From Alphaproteobacteria bacterium (lineage in GTDB: Bacteria > Pseudomonadota > Alphaproteobacteria > UBA828): DNA of 64,000 nt. Positions 42,921 through 53,398 of this stretch are shown here, in pieces. A program made the position numbers and the translations under genes. The DNA lies in NCBI GenBank assembly GCA_965214705.1, contig OZ243972.1, positions 896,001 through 960,000 on the forward strand, in the 5' to 3' direction. The notes below the pieces were generated by a model, which was given only the letters and a program-made list of their open reading frames with translations, searched no databases and was not told where the DNA came from. How positions within the stretch are numbered: position 1 is the first letter of the stretch; every line of letters starts with the position of its first letter.

Positions 42921-43373
42921 ATGCGCCTTGTCGTGGCGGCAGTGGGCCGCGGCCGGGACGACCCGGCGCAACGGCTTTTCGAGGACTACCGCAAGCGCCT
43001 GCCGTGGCCGGTGGAGCTGCGCGAGATCCGGGCCGGCGGCGGCGGTAACGCGGGGCGGGAACGCGAGGCTGCGGCACTGCTGAAGGGGCTGCAGGCCGAC
43101 GCCCATGTCGTCGCTCTGGACGGCGGCGGGAAGGCGCTCTCCAGCGAGGAATTCGCGACAAGGCTGGCGAACATCCGCGACGACGGTACGGCCATCATGG
43201 CGTTCCTGATCGGCGGAGCGGACGGGCACGGCGACCCCGTTCTCGCCCGCGCCGACTTGGTGCTGTCGTTGGGGCCGATGACCTGGCCGCACCTGCTGGT
43301 GCGCGCGATGCTGGCGGAGCAGCTGTGGCGGGCGGCGAGCATCCTCTCGAGCCACCCGTACCACCGCGGTTGA
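42921..43373 (+). CDS. rlmH: 23S rRNA pseudouridine-1915 N3-methyltransferase
   Basis: FLIGGADG, SLGPMTWPH, EQLWRA and HPYHR. Confidence 0.95.
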   Translation: MRLVVAAVGRGRDDPAQRLFEDYRKRLPWPVELREIRAGGGGNAGREREAAALLKGLQADAHVVALDGGGKALSSEEFATRLANIRDDGTAIMAFLIGGADGHGDPVLARADLVLSLGPMTWPHLLVRAMLAEQLWRAASILSSHPYHRG

Positions 43374-43389
43374 GCGGCGGTAGGGGTGC

Positions 43390-44262
43390 TCAGCGCGTCG
43401 GGACCGGCGTGCCCGTGGAGTAGTCGTAAAAGCCCTTGCCGGTCTTGCGACCGAGCCAGCCGGCCTCGACGTACTTGGCGAGCAGCGGGCAGGGCCGGTA
43501 CTTGCTGTCCGCGAGGCCCTCGTAGAGCACCTGCATGATCGAGTGGCAGGTGTCGAGACCGATGAAATCGGCAAGCTCCAGCGGCCCCATGCGGTGATGG
43601 GCGCCGAGCTTCATCGCCGTGTCGATGGCCTTCACCGTGCCGACGCCTTCGTAGAGCGCGTAGATCGCCTCGTTGACCATCGGCATCAGGATGCGGTTCA
43701 CGATGAAGGCGGGGAAATCCTCGGCCATGGCCGGGATCTTGCCCATGCGCTCAGTCACCGTGCGCGCGGTCTCGTAGGTCTCCTCTTCGGTCGCGATGCC
43801 GCGCACCAGCTCGACCAGTTCCATCATCGGCACCGGGTTCATGAAGTGCATGCCCATGAACTTGCCGGGTCGGTCGGTGCTCGCCGCAAGGCGGGTGACG
43901 GGCAGCGACGAGCTGTTGGTGCAGATGATGGTGTGCTCTGGCAGCGTGCCTCGCAGCGTGGCGAAGACCTCCTTCTTGACCGCCTCGTCCTCGATGACCG
44001 CCTCGATCACCATGTCGACGTCCTTGATGGCGTCGAGGCCGACGGCGGTCGCGATGCGGTCCAGCGCCGCCGCCGGCTGGTCGTCGGCGATCAAACCCTT
44101 GCGCGCTTGGCGGCCGAGGTTGGTGCGGATCGTCTCCAGCGAGGTATCGAGTTCGGCCTGCCCGAGGTCGATCAGCGTCACCTCGTAGCCCGCGAGCGCA
44201 GCGACATGGGCGATGCCGCTGCCCATGCGGCCCGCTCCGATGATTCCGATCGATTGCACCAT
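43390..44262 (-). CDS. hbd: 3-hydroxybutyryl-CoA dehydrogenase
   Basis: [38 protein letters not shown] and GRKTGKGFY. Confidence 0.93.
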   Translation of the reverse strand: MVQSIGIIGAGRMGSGIAHVAALAGYEVTLIDLGQAELDTSLETIRTNLGRQARKGLIADDQPAAALDRIATAVGLDAIKDVDMVIEAVIEDEAVKKEVFATLRGTLPEHTIICTNSSSLPVTRLAASTDRPGKFMGMHFMNPVPMMELVELVRGIATEEETYETARTVTERMGKIPAMAEDFPAFIVNRILMPMVNEAIYALYEGVGTVKAIDTAMKLGAHHRMGPLELADFIGLDTCHSIMQVLYEGLADSKYRPCPLLAKYVEAGWLGRKTGKGFYDYSTGTPVPTR

Positions 44263-44271
44263 GGCTGCGGG

Positions 44272-45225
44272 TCAGGCCTTGGAGATGCCCTGGCGGTCGA
44301 GCTCTTCGGCGAGCTCCGGAAGGGCCTTGAACAGGTCGGCCACGAGGCCGAAGTCGGCGATCTGGAAGATCGGCGCTTCTTCGTCCTTGTTGATGGCGCA
44401 GATCACGCGGCTGTCCTTCATCCCGGCGAGATGCTGGATCGCGCCGGAGATGCCGACCGCGAGATAGAGATCGGGCGCCACCACCTTGCCGGTCTGCCCG
44501 ACCTGGAAGTCGTTGGGCACGTAGCCCGCGTCGACCGCTGCGCGCGAAGCGCCGACGGCGGCGCCCAGCCGGTCCGCCACCGCCTCGATCAGCGGGAAGT
44601 TCTCGCCGCTCTGCATCCCGCGCCCGCCCGAGATCACGATGCCAGCGCTGGTGAGCTCGGGCCGGTCGGACTTGCTGAGCTCGTGTTTGACGAAGCGGAC
44701 CAGGCCCTGGTCGCCGGCGCCGGAGACTGCTTCGATCGCAGCGCTGCCGCCCTCGGCGGGTGCTGCATCGAACGCCGTGGTGCGCACCGTCACCACCTTC
44801 GTGGCATCGCCGCTCTCCACCGTCGCGAGCGCGTTGCCGGCGTAGGTCGGGCGCACGAAGACGCTGTCCGACACGATTTCGATAATGTCCGAGACCTGGG
44901 CCACGTCGAGCAGGGCCGCGACCCGCGGCATGACGTTCTTGCCGAAGGTGGTGGCCGACGCGATCAGGTGGCTATAGCCCTCCGCAAGGCCGACCAGCAG
45001 CGGCGCCAAGTTCTCGGCAATGCCATGCTCGTAGGCCGGATCGTCTGCGTGCAGCACCTTGGCGACGCCTGCGACCTGAGCGGCGGCCTCGGCGACCGGC
45101 CCGGCACCCGAACCCGCGACCACAACGTGAACCTCGCCGCCCACTGCCTGCGCGGCTGTGACCGCGTTGAGGCTCGGCCGCTTCAGCTCGGCGTTGTCGT
45201 GCTCTGCGATGACGAGGGTACTCAT
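44272..45225 (-). CDS. etfA: Electron transfer flavoprotein alpha subunit
   Basis: [29 protein letters not shown] and [11 protein letters not shown]. Confidence 0.97.
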   Translation of the reverse strand: MSTLVIAEHDNAELKRPSLNAVTAAQAVGGEVHVVVAGSGAGPVAEAAAQVAGVAKVLHADDPAYEHGIAENLAPLLVGLAEGYSHLIASATTFGKNVMPRVAALLDVAQVSDIIEIVSDSVFVRPTYAGNALATVESGDATKVVTVRTTAFDAAPAEGGSAAIEAVSGAGDQGLVRFVKHELSKSDRPELTSAGIVISGGRGMQSGENFPLIEAVADRLGAAVGASRAAVDAGYVPNDFQVGQTGKVVAPDLYLAVGISGAIQHLAGMKDSRVICAINKDEEAPIFQIADFGLVADLFKALPELAEELDRQGISKA

Positions 45226-45974
45226 CCGATCACCTTGGCGTCGTCGCGCAGCTTCGCGACGAGTTCTCCGACGTCCGCCACCTTGATTCCCGCCTCGCGC
45301 TTGGGCGGCTCCTCCACCTTGTGGATCGCGAGCCTGGGGCTGATATCCACACCGAGCGCGTCCGCCTCCCGCCGGTCGATGGGCTTCTTCTTGGCCTTCA
45401 TGATGTTGGGGAGCGAGGCGTAGCGCGGCTCGTTGAGTCTGAGGTCGGTCGTCACCACCGCCGGCAGATTGACGTTGAGGGTTTCGAGCCCGCCGTCGAT
45501 CTCGCGGGTCACATCCGCCGTCCCATCCTTGAACATGATCTCGGAGGCGAAGGTCGCCTGCGGCCAGCCGAGCAGCGCAGCCAGCATCTGGCCGGTCTGG
45601 TTGCTGTCGTCGTCGATGGCCTGCTTGCCCATGATGACGAGGCCGGGCTGCTCTTCGTCTGCGATCACCTTCAGCAGGCGCGCCACGGCGAGCGGCTGCA
45701 GGTCTGCCTCGGTCACGATGTGGACGGCGCGGTCGGCACCCATGGCGAGCGCCGTGCGCAGCGTCTCCTGCGCCTTGTCGGCACCGGCGGAGACCGCGAC
45801 CACCTCATCGGCACTACCGGCTTCCTTCATCCGCACGGCTTCCTCGACGGCAATCTCGCAGAACGGGTTCATCGCCATCTTCACGTTCGCGGTCTCGACC
45901 CCGGACTGATCGGACTTCACCCGGACCTTCACGTTGGGGTCGATCGTGCGCTTGACCGCGACCAAGACCTTCAT
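45222..45974 (-). CDS. etfB: Electron transfer flavoprotein beta subunit
   Basis: Start MKVLVAVKR at 45974; [20 protein letters not shown] and [19 protein letters not shown]. Confidence 0.97.
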   Translation of the reverse strand: MKVLVAVKRTIDPNVKVRVKSDQSGVETANVKMAMNPFCEIAVEEAVRMKEAGSADEVVAVSAGADKAQETLRTALAMGADRAVHIVTEADLQPLAVARLLKVIADEEQPGLVIMGKQAIDDDSNQTGQMLAALLGWPQATFASEIMFKDGTADVTREIDGGLETLNVNLPAVVTTDLRLNEPRYASLPNIMKAKKKPIDRREADALGVDISPRLAIHKVEEPPKREAGIKVADVGELVAKLRDDAKVIG

Positions 45975-46210
45975 GGGCCTACCCACTGGACGACAATACG
46001 AAGCTGTTGGTGCGTCGCAGCGATTACCCCGCCGCGCGCGGCGGCACACTATGACTGGCCTCAAAACCTGTCAACGCCGGTGCCTCAATTTACGTGCCAG
46101 TGTTGGTTGACGGCCGTGCCCGTCTGGACGCTGCCCGAGGCTGCGCGTAGAAATGGCTCGATGCCGCCGTCTGCGTCGGGGCACGCGGGCATCGAAGAGG
46201 GGAGGCAACG

Positions 46211-47152
46211 CTGTCGATCGCCGTCGGACTTGGGCTTAATGCGTTCCCGTTTTCGGGTGCGGGCGCGTTCTGGCGCTGGGTCGATCTCTGCGAGGAGGGC
46301 GGGGTCGATTCGCTCTGGCAAACCGACCGCCTCGTCTCCGACGAGCCCTTCCTCGAGGTGATGAGCGTGATGGCGGCGCTCGCAGGGCGAACCGAGCGCA
46401 TCAAGTTCGGCATGAACGTCGCCTCGGTCGGGCTGCGCGACCCGCTGCTGCTCGCCAAGCAGTGCGCAACCATCGACGTGCTGAGCGAGGGTCGCTTGCT
46501 GCCGGCCTTCGGCATCGGCGCGATCCGCGCGCCGGACTGGGCGGCGACCGGCACGGACACCAAGGGGCGCGGCCGGCGCACCGACGAGGGGCTGGACCTC
46601 ATCGCCCGGCTCTGGACCGAGGACTCGGTCGATTTCGAGGGTGAGTTCTATCGCTACTCGGGCGCGAGGATCGAGCCCAAGCCGGTGCAGGCGGCGCTGC
46701 CTCTCTGGCTCGGCGGCTCCAGCAAGCCTGCGATCCGGCGCACGGCGCGGATGGGCACCGGCTGGCTGGCCGGGCTGGAGACGCCGGAGCAGGTGGCGCC
46801 TGCCATCGCCGGCATCAAGGAGGCGCTCGCCGAGACCGGGCGGCGTATCGACGCCGACCACTATGGCGCGAGCTTCTCCTTCCGCTTCGGCAGCTGGGAC
46901 GAGCCCCTGATGCAGCGCGTGGCCGAGACCTACAGAGTGCGGTTCCAGCGCGATCCCGAGGGCGGCATCGTCGCCGGCGATGCTGCGGCCATCATGGACC
47001 GGATAGAGGCGTTCGTCGCGGCGGGCGCGTCGAAGTTCGTGCTCTGGCCGCTCGGGAGCGACGACGACGACATCCTCGACCAGACGCGGCGCCTGATCGA
47101 GGAGGTGCAGCCAGCGGTCGAGGCCCTGAACCACCGGGTCGATGCCGCATGA
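46211..47152 (+). CDS. LLM-class (luciferase-like) flavin/F420-dependent oxidoreductase, apparent CTG start
   Basis: The frame is open upstream of the track start (46358) to CTG at 46211: (M)SIAVGLG...GVDSLWQTDRL, the first beta/alpha units of the LLM barrel. Also LAKQCATIDVLSEGR, PKPVQ and WLGG. Confidence 0.88.
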   Translation: MSIAVGLGLNAFPFSGAGAFWRWVDLCEEGGVDSLWQTDRLVSDEPFLEVMSVMAALAGRTERIKFGMNVASVGLRDPLLLAKQCATIDVLSEGRLLPAFGIGAIRAPDWAATGTDTKGRGRRTDEGLDLIARLWTEDSVDFEGEFYRYSGARIEPKPVQAALPLWLGGSSKPAIRRTARMGTGWLAGLETPEQVAPAIAGIKEALAETGRRIDADHYGASFSFRFGSWDEPLMQRVAETYRVRFQRDPEGGIVAGDAAAIMDRIEAFVAAGASKFVLWPLGSDDDDILDQTRRLIEEVQPAVEALNHRVDAA

Positions 47153-47943
47153 CACCGCTCGCCATCGACCAGGCGGTGGCGCTCTACGTCGCGGCACGGC
47201 ATCGTCGGCAGCGGATCGCCGTGCTGCCCGAGGACTGCCGGCCGACCTCACTCGACGAGGCGTATGCGGTCCAGGCCGCTCTCAGCGAACGGCTTGAAGA
47301 GACGCACGGCCCCGTCTGCGGCCGCAAGATCGGCTGCACAACGCCGGTGATGCAGCGTTATCTGGAGATCGCGCATCCTTGTGCCGGCGCGCTCTACGAG
47401 CGCCGGACTTTGGGCGCCCCCGCGACGGTGCCCTATGCCGACCATTGGCGGCCGGGCGCGGAGTGCGAGATCGCGGTGCGTCTGGGACAACCGCTGCCGA
47501 CGGACGCCGCGCCCTTCGACCGTGCCTCGGTCGCCGTAGCGGTCGAGGCCTGCATGGCGGCCATCGAGATCGTGGACGACCGCTACGACGATTTTCGGGC
47601 CCTCGACACGCCGACGCTGATCGCCGACGACTTCTTCAGCGCCGGCGCCGTGCTCGGCCCGCCTGTCGCCGACTGGCAGGAGGTCGACCTTGCAGCGGCC
47701 TGGGGTGCCATGGCGATCAACGGGAAGAACGTAGGCGCCGGCACCGGGGCCGACGTGATGGGCCATCCCTTCGAGGCGCTGACCTGGCTCGCGAACCACG
47801 CCGTCGCAAGCGGACGGCCGCTCCGGGCGGGCGACGTGGTGCTGACTGGCAGCGTGGTCGAGACCAAGTGGGTCGAGCCGGGCGATACGGTCCGCGTCGA
47901 AATCGAGGGCCTGGGCGAGGCCAGTGTCACGTTTGCGCGATAG
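47149..47943 (+). CDS. 2-keto-4-pentenoate hydratase-like protein (FAH superfamily)
   Basis: AYAVQ, GRKIGCT, ECEIAV, IEIVDDRY, IADD, GHPFEALTWLAN and VVLTGS. Confidence 0.9.
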   Translation: MTPLAIDQAVALYVAARHRRQRIAVLPEDCRPTSLDEAYAVQAALSERLEETHGPVCGRKIGCTTPVMQRYLEIAHPCAGALYERRTLGAPATVPYADHWRPGAECEIAVRLGQPLPTDAAPFDRASVAVAVEACMAAIEIVDDRYDDFRALDTPTLIADDFFSAGAVLGPPVADWQEVDLAAAWGAMAINGKNVGAGTGADVMGHPFEALTWLANHAVASGRPLRAGDVVLTGSVVETKWVEPGDTVRVEIEGLGEASVTFAR

Positions 47944-48042
47944 GCGGAGCAGGCGCGTTGACAGGCGCGCCGCGAAGGGCCTGAATCGTCCCACCGCCAC
48001 CACGGCCCGCTGGACGAGGCCGGGCAAGAGAGGACGAATCCC

Positions 48043-49140
48043 ATGACCAAGCTGCCGCTGACCGCTGCCGCCGCTGCTGCTGCGCTTCTGGCCGCGACCA
48101 CGGCCTTCGCCGAGGAGGAGGCCGTCGTCAACGTTTACAATTGGTCGGATTATATCGACGAGGAGATCCTGACCGAGTTCGAGGCCGAGACCGGGATCAA
48201 GGTCGTCTACGACGTCTTCGATTCCAACAACATCCTCGAGACCAAGCTGCTCACCGGCAGCACCGGCTACGACGTGGTGGTGCCGAGCGGGACCTTCCTC
48301 GCGCGCCAGATTCAGGCGGGTATCTTCCAGCCGCTCGACAAGAGTCAGCTTGCCAACCTCGGCAACCTGGACGAGACCATCATGTCGGTCGTGAGCCAAT
48401 GGGACCCGGACAACCAGTACGCCATCAATTACATGTGGGGCACCACAGGCTTCGGCTACAACATCGACAAGATCGCCGAACGCGACGCGGAAGCGCCCAC
48501 CGGCTCCTGGGGCATGCTCTTCGACCCGGACGTGGTCTCACAGTTCGCCGATTGCGGCGTCTACATGATGGACGAGCCGGACGAGGTGGTCCCGGCCGTG
48601 CTCAACTACATCGGCGAAGACCCCAACAGCCACGACACCGACGTGATCGCCAAGGTCGAGCCGGTGATGCTGGCGATCCGGCCGCACATCCGCCGCTTCC
48701 ACAACTCGGCGCAGATCAACGATCTCGCCAACGGCGACATCTGCCTCACCATGGGCTGGTCGGGCGACATGCTGCAGGCTCGCGACCGCGCTTGGGAGGC
48801 CGAGAACAACGTCGAGATCGCCTATGTGATCCCGGACGAGGGTGCGCTCTCGTGGTTCGACATGATGGCGATCCCGGCGGACGCGCCGCACCCCGGCAAC
48901 GCGCACACGTTCCTCGACTACATCATGCGGCCCGAGGTGATCGCCAAGGCGTCGAACTACGTCTACTACGCCAACGGCAACGCCGCCTCGACACCGCTGC
49001 TAGATGCCGAGATCACCGAGGACCCCGGCATCTACCCGACAGAGGAGGCGCGGAAAGGGCTCTACGTGACCAACCCCTATCCGCAGAAGGTGCAGCGCTT
49101 CATCACGCGGATGTGGACGCGCATCAAAGGCGCGGAGTAG
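48043..49140 (+). CDS. potF: Putrescine ABC transporter substrate-binding protein
   Basis: VNVYNWSDYI, TGYDVVVPS, YMWGTTG and GWSGD; TTGACA at about 47958. Confidence 0.93.
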   Translation: MTKLPLTAAAAAAALLAATTAFAEEEAVVNVYNWSDYIDEEILTEFEAETGIKVVYDVFDSNNILETKLLTGSTGYDVVVPSGTFLARQIQAGIFQPLDKSQLANLGNLDETIMSVVSQWDPDNQYAINYMWGTTGFGYNIDKIAERDAEAPTGSWGMLFDPDVVSQFADCGVYMMDEPDEVVPAVLNYIGEDPNSHDTDVIAKVEPVMLAIRPHIRRFHNSAQINDLANGDICLTMGWSGDMLQARDRAWEAENNVEIAYVIPDEGALSWFDMMAIPADAPHPGNAHTFLDYIMRPEVIAKASNYVYYANGNAASTPLLDAEITEDPGIYPTEEARKGLYVTNPYPQKVQRFITRMWTRIKGAE

Positions 49141-49173
49141 GCGCGACGCGCACACCGCACGGGCACGGCGCCC

Positions 49174-50322
49174 GTGAGCCGGCGGCCTGAGCACGCCGGG
49201 GGAGAGGCACCGACCGCCCCCGGCGGCGAGGCCGCCTTCCTCCGCATCGAGGGCGTCAGCAAGAGCTTCGGGAGCGTCACCGCCGTCGACGACGTCTCGC
49301 TCGACATCGCGCGGGGCGAGTTCTTTGCCCTGCTCGGGCCCTCCGGCTGCGGCAAGACCACGCTGCTGCGCATGCTCGCGGGTTTCGAGACCCCGAGTGC
49401 CGGTGCCCTGCTGCTAGACGGCGCGGACCTCGCCGCGCTGCCGCCATACCGGCGGCCGGTCAACATGATGTTCCAGTCCTACGCGCTTTTCCCCCACATG
49501 AGCGTCGTCGGCAACGTCGCCTTCGGCCTGCGCCAGGATCGGGTGCCCAGGGCCGAGATCGCGGCGCGGGTGGCCGACGCGCTGGCGCTGGTGGAGCTCT
49601 CGCCGCTCGCGCGCCGCAAGCCGCACCAGCTTTCCGGCGGGCAGCGCCAGCGCGTGGCGCTCGCCCGCAGCCTGGTCAAGCGGCCCAAGCTTCTGCTGCT
49701 CGACGAGCCGCTCGCCGCGCTGGACAAGAAGCTCCGCGAGCAGACCCAGTTCGAGCTGATGGCGATCCAGCAGCGGGTCGGCATCACCTTCGTGATCGTG
49801 ACCCACGATCAGGATGAGGCGATGACCGTCGCTGACCGAATCGCGGTGATGGAGGAGGGCCGCATCGCCCAGGTCGATACGCCGTCGGCGATCTACGAGG
49901 CGCCCCGCTCACGCTACGTGGCCGAGTTCATCGGTGACGTGAACATCTTCGAAGGACGCGCCCGCGCCGTAAACGGCAACGATCTCGCGGTCGAGCTCGC
50001 GGACGCACCGGATGGGCTCGCGGCACCGGCGCGCGCTGACGGCCCCGCAGCCGGCGATGCCGTGCTGCTCGCGGTGCGGCCGGAGAAGATCGAGATCGCC
50101 CCGGAGCCGCTGCCGCCCGGCACCACCAACGCGATGGCGGGTGAGGTGACTGAGATCGCCTATCTCGGCAGCGTCTCCACCTATCGCGTGCGTCTCGACA
50201 GCGGCAAGACGGTGGTCTCGACCCACACCAACCGCCTTCGCGACGGCGGCGCGGCCATCGACCGGGGCGCGCGGGTTCATCTCTCATGGCCGGTCGAGGC
50301 GAGCATCCTGCTCCGCTCATGA
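49174..50322 (+). CDS. potG: Putrescine ABC transporter ATPase
   Basis: GPSGCGKTT, FQSYALFPHM, LSGGQRQR, LDEPL and a TOBE domain. Confidence 0.92.
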   Translation: MSRRPEHAGGEAPTAPGGEAAFLRIEGVSKSFGSVTAVDDVSLDIARGEFFALLGPSGCGKTTLLRMLAGFETPSAGALLLDGADLAALPPYRRPVNMMFQSYALFPHMSVVGNVAFGLRQDRVPRAEIAARVADALALVELSPLARRKPHQLSGGQRQRVALARSLVKRPKLLLLDEPLAALDKKLREQTQFELMAIQQRVGITFVIVTHDQDEAMTVADRIAVMEEGRIAQVDTPSAIYEAPRSRYVAEFIGDVNIFEGRARAVNGNDLAVELADAPDGLAAPARADGPAAGDAVLLAVRPEKIEIAPEPLPPGTTNAMAGEVTEIAYLGSVSTYRVRLDSGKTVVSTHTNRLRDGGAAIDRGARVHLSWPVEASILLRS

Positions 50323-51251
50323 ACGCGAAGCGCGAGCCGAATCCCCGCCGGCAGCGTGCGGGCCGGGGGCTGCTCGGGCGCGGCTCGGTGATCGCGAGCC
50401 CCTATCTCTGGCTGCTCTTCTTCTTCCTCGTGCCGTTCGTAATCGTGCTCAAGATCAGCGTGGCCGAGGTCCAGCTCGCGATCCCGCCTTACACGCCGCT
50501 CTTCGCCTGGCCCGAGGACGGCTCCCTGGAGCTCTTCGCCGTCGGCGACAACTACCTGCTCCTAATCGAGGACAGCCTCTACATCCGGGCCTACGCGAAC
50601 AGCCTGAAGATCGCGGCGATCTCCACCGCGCTCGCGCTGCTGGTGGGCTTCCCCATCGCCTATGCCATGGCCCGCGCGCCCCGCGCCTGGCAGGCGACCC
50701 TGGTGATGATGGTGATCCTGCCGTTCTGGACCTCCTTCCTGATCCGGGTCTACGCCTGGATCGGCATCCTCAAGAACGAGGGGATGCTCAACGGGGTGCT
50801 GCGCTGGATCGGCGTGATCGACAGGCCGCTGATCATCCTCAACACCGACATCGCGGTCTACATCGGTATCGTCTACTCCTACCTGCCCTTCATGGTCCTG
50901 CCGCTCTACGCCAACCTGGTGCGGATGGACCGCTCGTTGCTGGAGGCCGCGGCCGACCTCGGCTGCCGCCCGGCCGGCGCCTTCTGGAAGATCACGGTGC
51001 CGCTGGCGCGGCCCGGCATCGTCGCCGGCTGCTTCCTGGTGTTCATTCCGGCGGTCGGCGAGTTCGTGATCCCCGACCTGCTCGGCGGCTCCGGCACGCT
51101 GATGATCGGGCGCATCCTCTGGACCGAGTTCTTCAGCAACCGCGACTGGCCGGTGGCGTCGGCGGTCGCCGTGATCCTGCTGCTGGTGCTGATCGTGCCG
51201 ATCGTTCTGTTCCAGCGCCACCAGCAGCGCCAGCGCGAGGCGGACGCCTGA
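50319..51251 (+). CDS. potH: Putrescine ABC transporter permease
   Basis: ATG at 50319 overlaps the potG stop; LPFWTSFLIRVYAW and LLEAAADLG. Confidence 0.92.
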   Translation: MNAKREPNPRRQRAGRGLLGRGSVIASPYLWLLFFFLVPFVIVLKISVAEVQLAIPPYTPLFAWPEDGSLELFAVGDNYLLLIEDSLYIRAYANSLKIAAISTALALLVGFPIAYAMARAPRAWQATLVMMVILPFWTSFLIRVYAWIGILKNEGMLNGVLRWIGVIDRPLIILNTDIAVYIGIVYSYLPFMVLPLYANLVRMDRSLLEAAADLGCRPAGAFWKITVPLARPGIVAGCFLVFIPAVGEFVIPDLLGGSGTLMIGRILWTEFFSNRDWPVASAVAVILLLVLIVPIVLFQRHQQRQREADA

Positions 51252-52066
51252 TGCGGCGGGGGCTCAGCGGGATCAACCTGGTGGCGCTCACTCTGGGCTT
51301 CGCCTTCCTCTACATTCCGATCCTTCTGCTCATCATCTACTCCTTCAACGAGTCCAAGCTCGTGACCGTGTGGGCCGGGTTCTCCACCAAGTGGTACGCC
51401 GCGATGGTGCAGAACGAGCTGCTGCTCGACGCCGCCTGGATGACGCTGAAGGTCGCCTTCGTCTCCTCAAGCGTGGCGCTGGTGCTCGGCACGCTCGCGG
51501 GCCTCGCGCTGGCTCGGCTGGGGCGCTTCCCCGGCCGCACGCTGTTCTCAGGGATGGTCTACGCGCCGCTGGTCATGCCCGAGGTCATCACCGGCCTCTC
51601 CATGCTGCTGCTCTTCGTCGCGCTCTCCTGGGCGCGCGGCTACTGGACCGTGACGATCGCCCACATCACCTTCTCGATGGCTTACGTGGCGGTGGTGGTG
51701 CAGTCCCGCCTGCTCACCATGGACCGCTCGCTGGAGGAGGCGGCGATGGACCTGGGCGCGCCGCCGGTCAAGACCTTCTTCGCGGTCACGCTGCCGATCA
51801 TCAGCCCGGCTCTGGTCGCCGGCTGGCTGCTGGCGTTCACGCTCTCGCTCGACGACCTGGTGATCGCGTCGTTCACCAGCGGTCCCGGCTCGACGACGCT
51901 GCCGATGAAGATCTATTCCCAGGTGCGCCTGGGCGTGACGCCGGAGATCAACGCGGTCTCCACGGTGCTGGTGGGGATCGTCGCCACCGGTGTCATTGCC
52001 GCCAGCCTTATCAACAAGCGCGCCATGGTCATCCGCGAGCGGGAGGCGCAGGCGGTGACGTCGTAG
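51251..52066 (+). CDS. potI: Putrescine ABC transporter permease
   Basis: YSFNESKLVTVW, MPEVITG, EEAAMDLGA and FTLSLDD. Confidence 0.93.
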   Translation: MRRGLSGINLVALTLGFAFLYIPILLLIIYSFNESKLVTVWAGFSTKWYAAMVQNELLLDAAWMTLKVAFVSSSVALVLGTLAGLALARLGRFPGRTLFSGMVYAPLVMPEVITGLSMLLLFVALSWARGYWTVTIAHITFSMAYVAVVVQSRLLTMDRSLEEAAMDLGAPPVKTFFAVTLPIISPALVAGWLLAFTLSLDDLVIASFTSGPGSTTLPMKIYSQVRLGVTPEINAVSTVLVGIVATGVIAASLINKRAMVIREREAQAVTS

Positions 52067-52084
52067 CGCCCGCGGACTCGGCCG

Positions 52085-53398
52085 CTACAGGCGGTCGCGG
52101 AGCGCTCCGTACGCGAGCGCGAGCGCGAGCGTCGGCCAGCGCATGAAGCGGCCGCCGGGGAAGGGCGGCTGCGGCAGGCGGGCGAAGACATCGAAGCGCT
52201 CCAGTGTGCCGGCGATGGCCTCGGCGATGAGAGCGCCGCCAAGCGTCGCCAGCGCCACGCCGTGTCCGGAGTAGCCCTGGCCGTAGTAGAGCCCGCTCTT
52301 GAGCCGCCCGATGCTCGGCATCCGCGTGCGCGTGATGGCCAGCGTCCCGCCCCAGGCATGGTCGACGCGCACATCGGCGAGCTGGGGAAAGATACGCAAC
52401 ATGCACCGCCGAACGAGCGGGCCGGGATGGGCAGGAAGGCGACTGCTCGTGGTCTCGCCACCGCCGAAGAGGAGCCGCCGGTCGGCCGAGAGGCGGAAGT
52501 AGTTCACCACGAAGCGCGTATCGACCACGGCAACGTCATTGGGGATCAAGGCGCGGGCACGCTCTTCGCCGAGCGGCTCCGTCGCCAGGATGAAGTTGTT
52601 GATCGGCATGACGCGCTTGCCGCAGCCGGGATCCAGCGCGTCGAGATAGCCGTTGCAGCCGAGCACGACCGCATCCGCGGTGACCGTGTGCGGCCCGGCC
52701 GAGATCGTGCAGGACGCGCCGGTCGCAAGCCCGGTGACGGGCGTCCCCTCGTAGATATCGACCCCCGCGTCTGCGGCAGCACGGGCGAGGCCGCGCGCAT
52801 AGTCGAGTGGGTGCAGGTGGCCCGCGCCCCGGTCCAGAAGACCGCCCCAGAAATCTCCGGAATCTACTTCGGCGCGCAGCGCCGCGCGGTCCAACACCTC
52901 GATCTGGTCGTAGCCGTAGCGGGCACGGAGATGGTCCGCCTCACGGACCAGCGCCCGGGCATGGCGGGGCCGGTGCGCGGCGATGGCGATACCAGGCTTC
53001 AGGTCGCAGTCGATCCCGTGCCGGGCGATGCGATCGCGCACCAACGCCTTGGCCTCCTTGGCAAGTGACCAGAGGAGTCGCGCCCGCTCGTCGCCAAGCT
53101 CGCGCTCCAGCGTGGGCTGATCGCGTCGGTGCCCGCTGCCGAACTGCCCGCCGTTGCGGCCGGAGGCGCCGTTGCCGACGCGACGCGCCTCAAGCAGGAC
53201 CACGCGATAGCCGCGCTCGGCGAGGTCAAGTGCGCAGGAAAGCCCGGTATAGCCGCCACCGATGACGCAAACATCGGCGCGCACGTCGCCGTCGAGCGCA
53301 GGCCAGGTTGGATTCGTCCGCGCGCTTACCTCGTACCAGGTGGGCGCGGCGCCGTCGTGCTGGGCGTAGCGCCTAGCCCCTCCCGCAGCGCCCATCAC
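52085..53398 (-). CDS. puuB: Gamma-glutamylputrescine oxidase-like FAD oxidoreductase
   Basis: IGGGYTGL, GASGRNGG, GHLHPL, YFRLSAD and QGYSGHG; next to puuA and potFGHI. Confidence 0.85.
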   Translation of the reverse strand: MMGAAGGARRYAQHDGAAPTWYEVSARTNPTWPALDGDVRADVCVIGGGYTGLSCALDLAERGYRVVLLEARRVGNGASGRNGGQFGSGHRRDQPTLERELGDERARLLWSLAKEAKALVRDRIARHGIDCDLKPGIAIAAHRPRHARALVREADHLRARYGYDQIEVLDRAALRAEVDSGDFWGGLLDRGAGHLHPLDYARGLARAAADAGVDIYEGTPVTGLATGASCTISAGPHTVTADAVVLGCNGYLDALDPGCGKRVMPINNFILATEPLGEERARALIPNDVAVVDTRFVVNYFRLSADRRLLFGGGETTSSRLPAHPGPLVRRCMLRIFPQLADVRVDHAWGGTLAITRTRMPSIGRLKSGLYYGQGYSGHGVALATLGGALIAEAIAGTLERFDVFARLPQPPFPGGRFMRWPTLALALAYGALRDRL

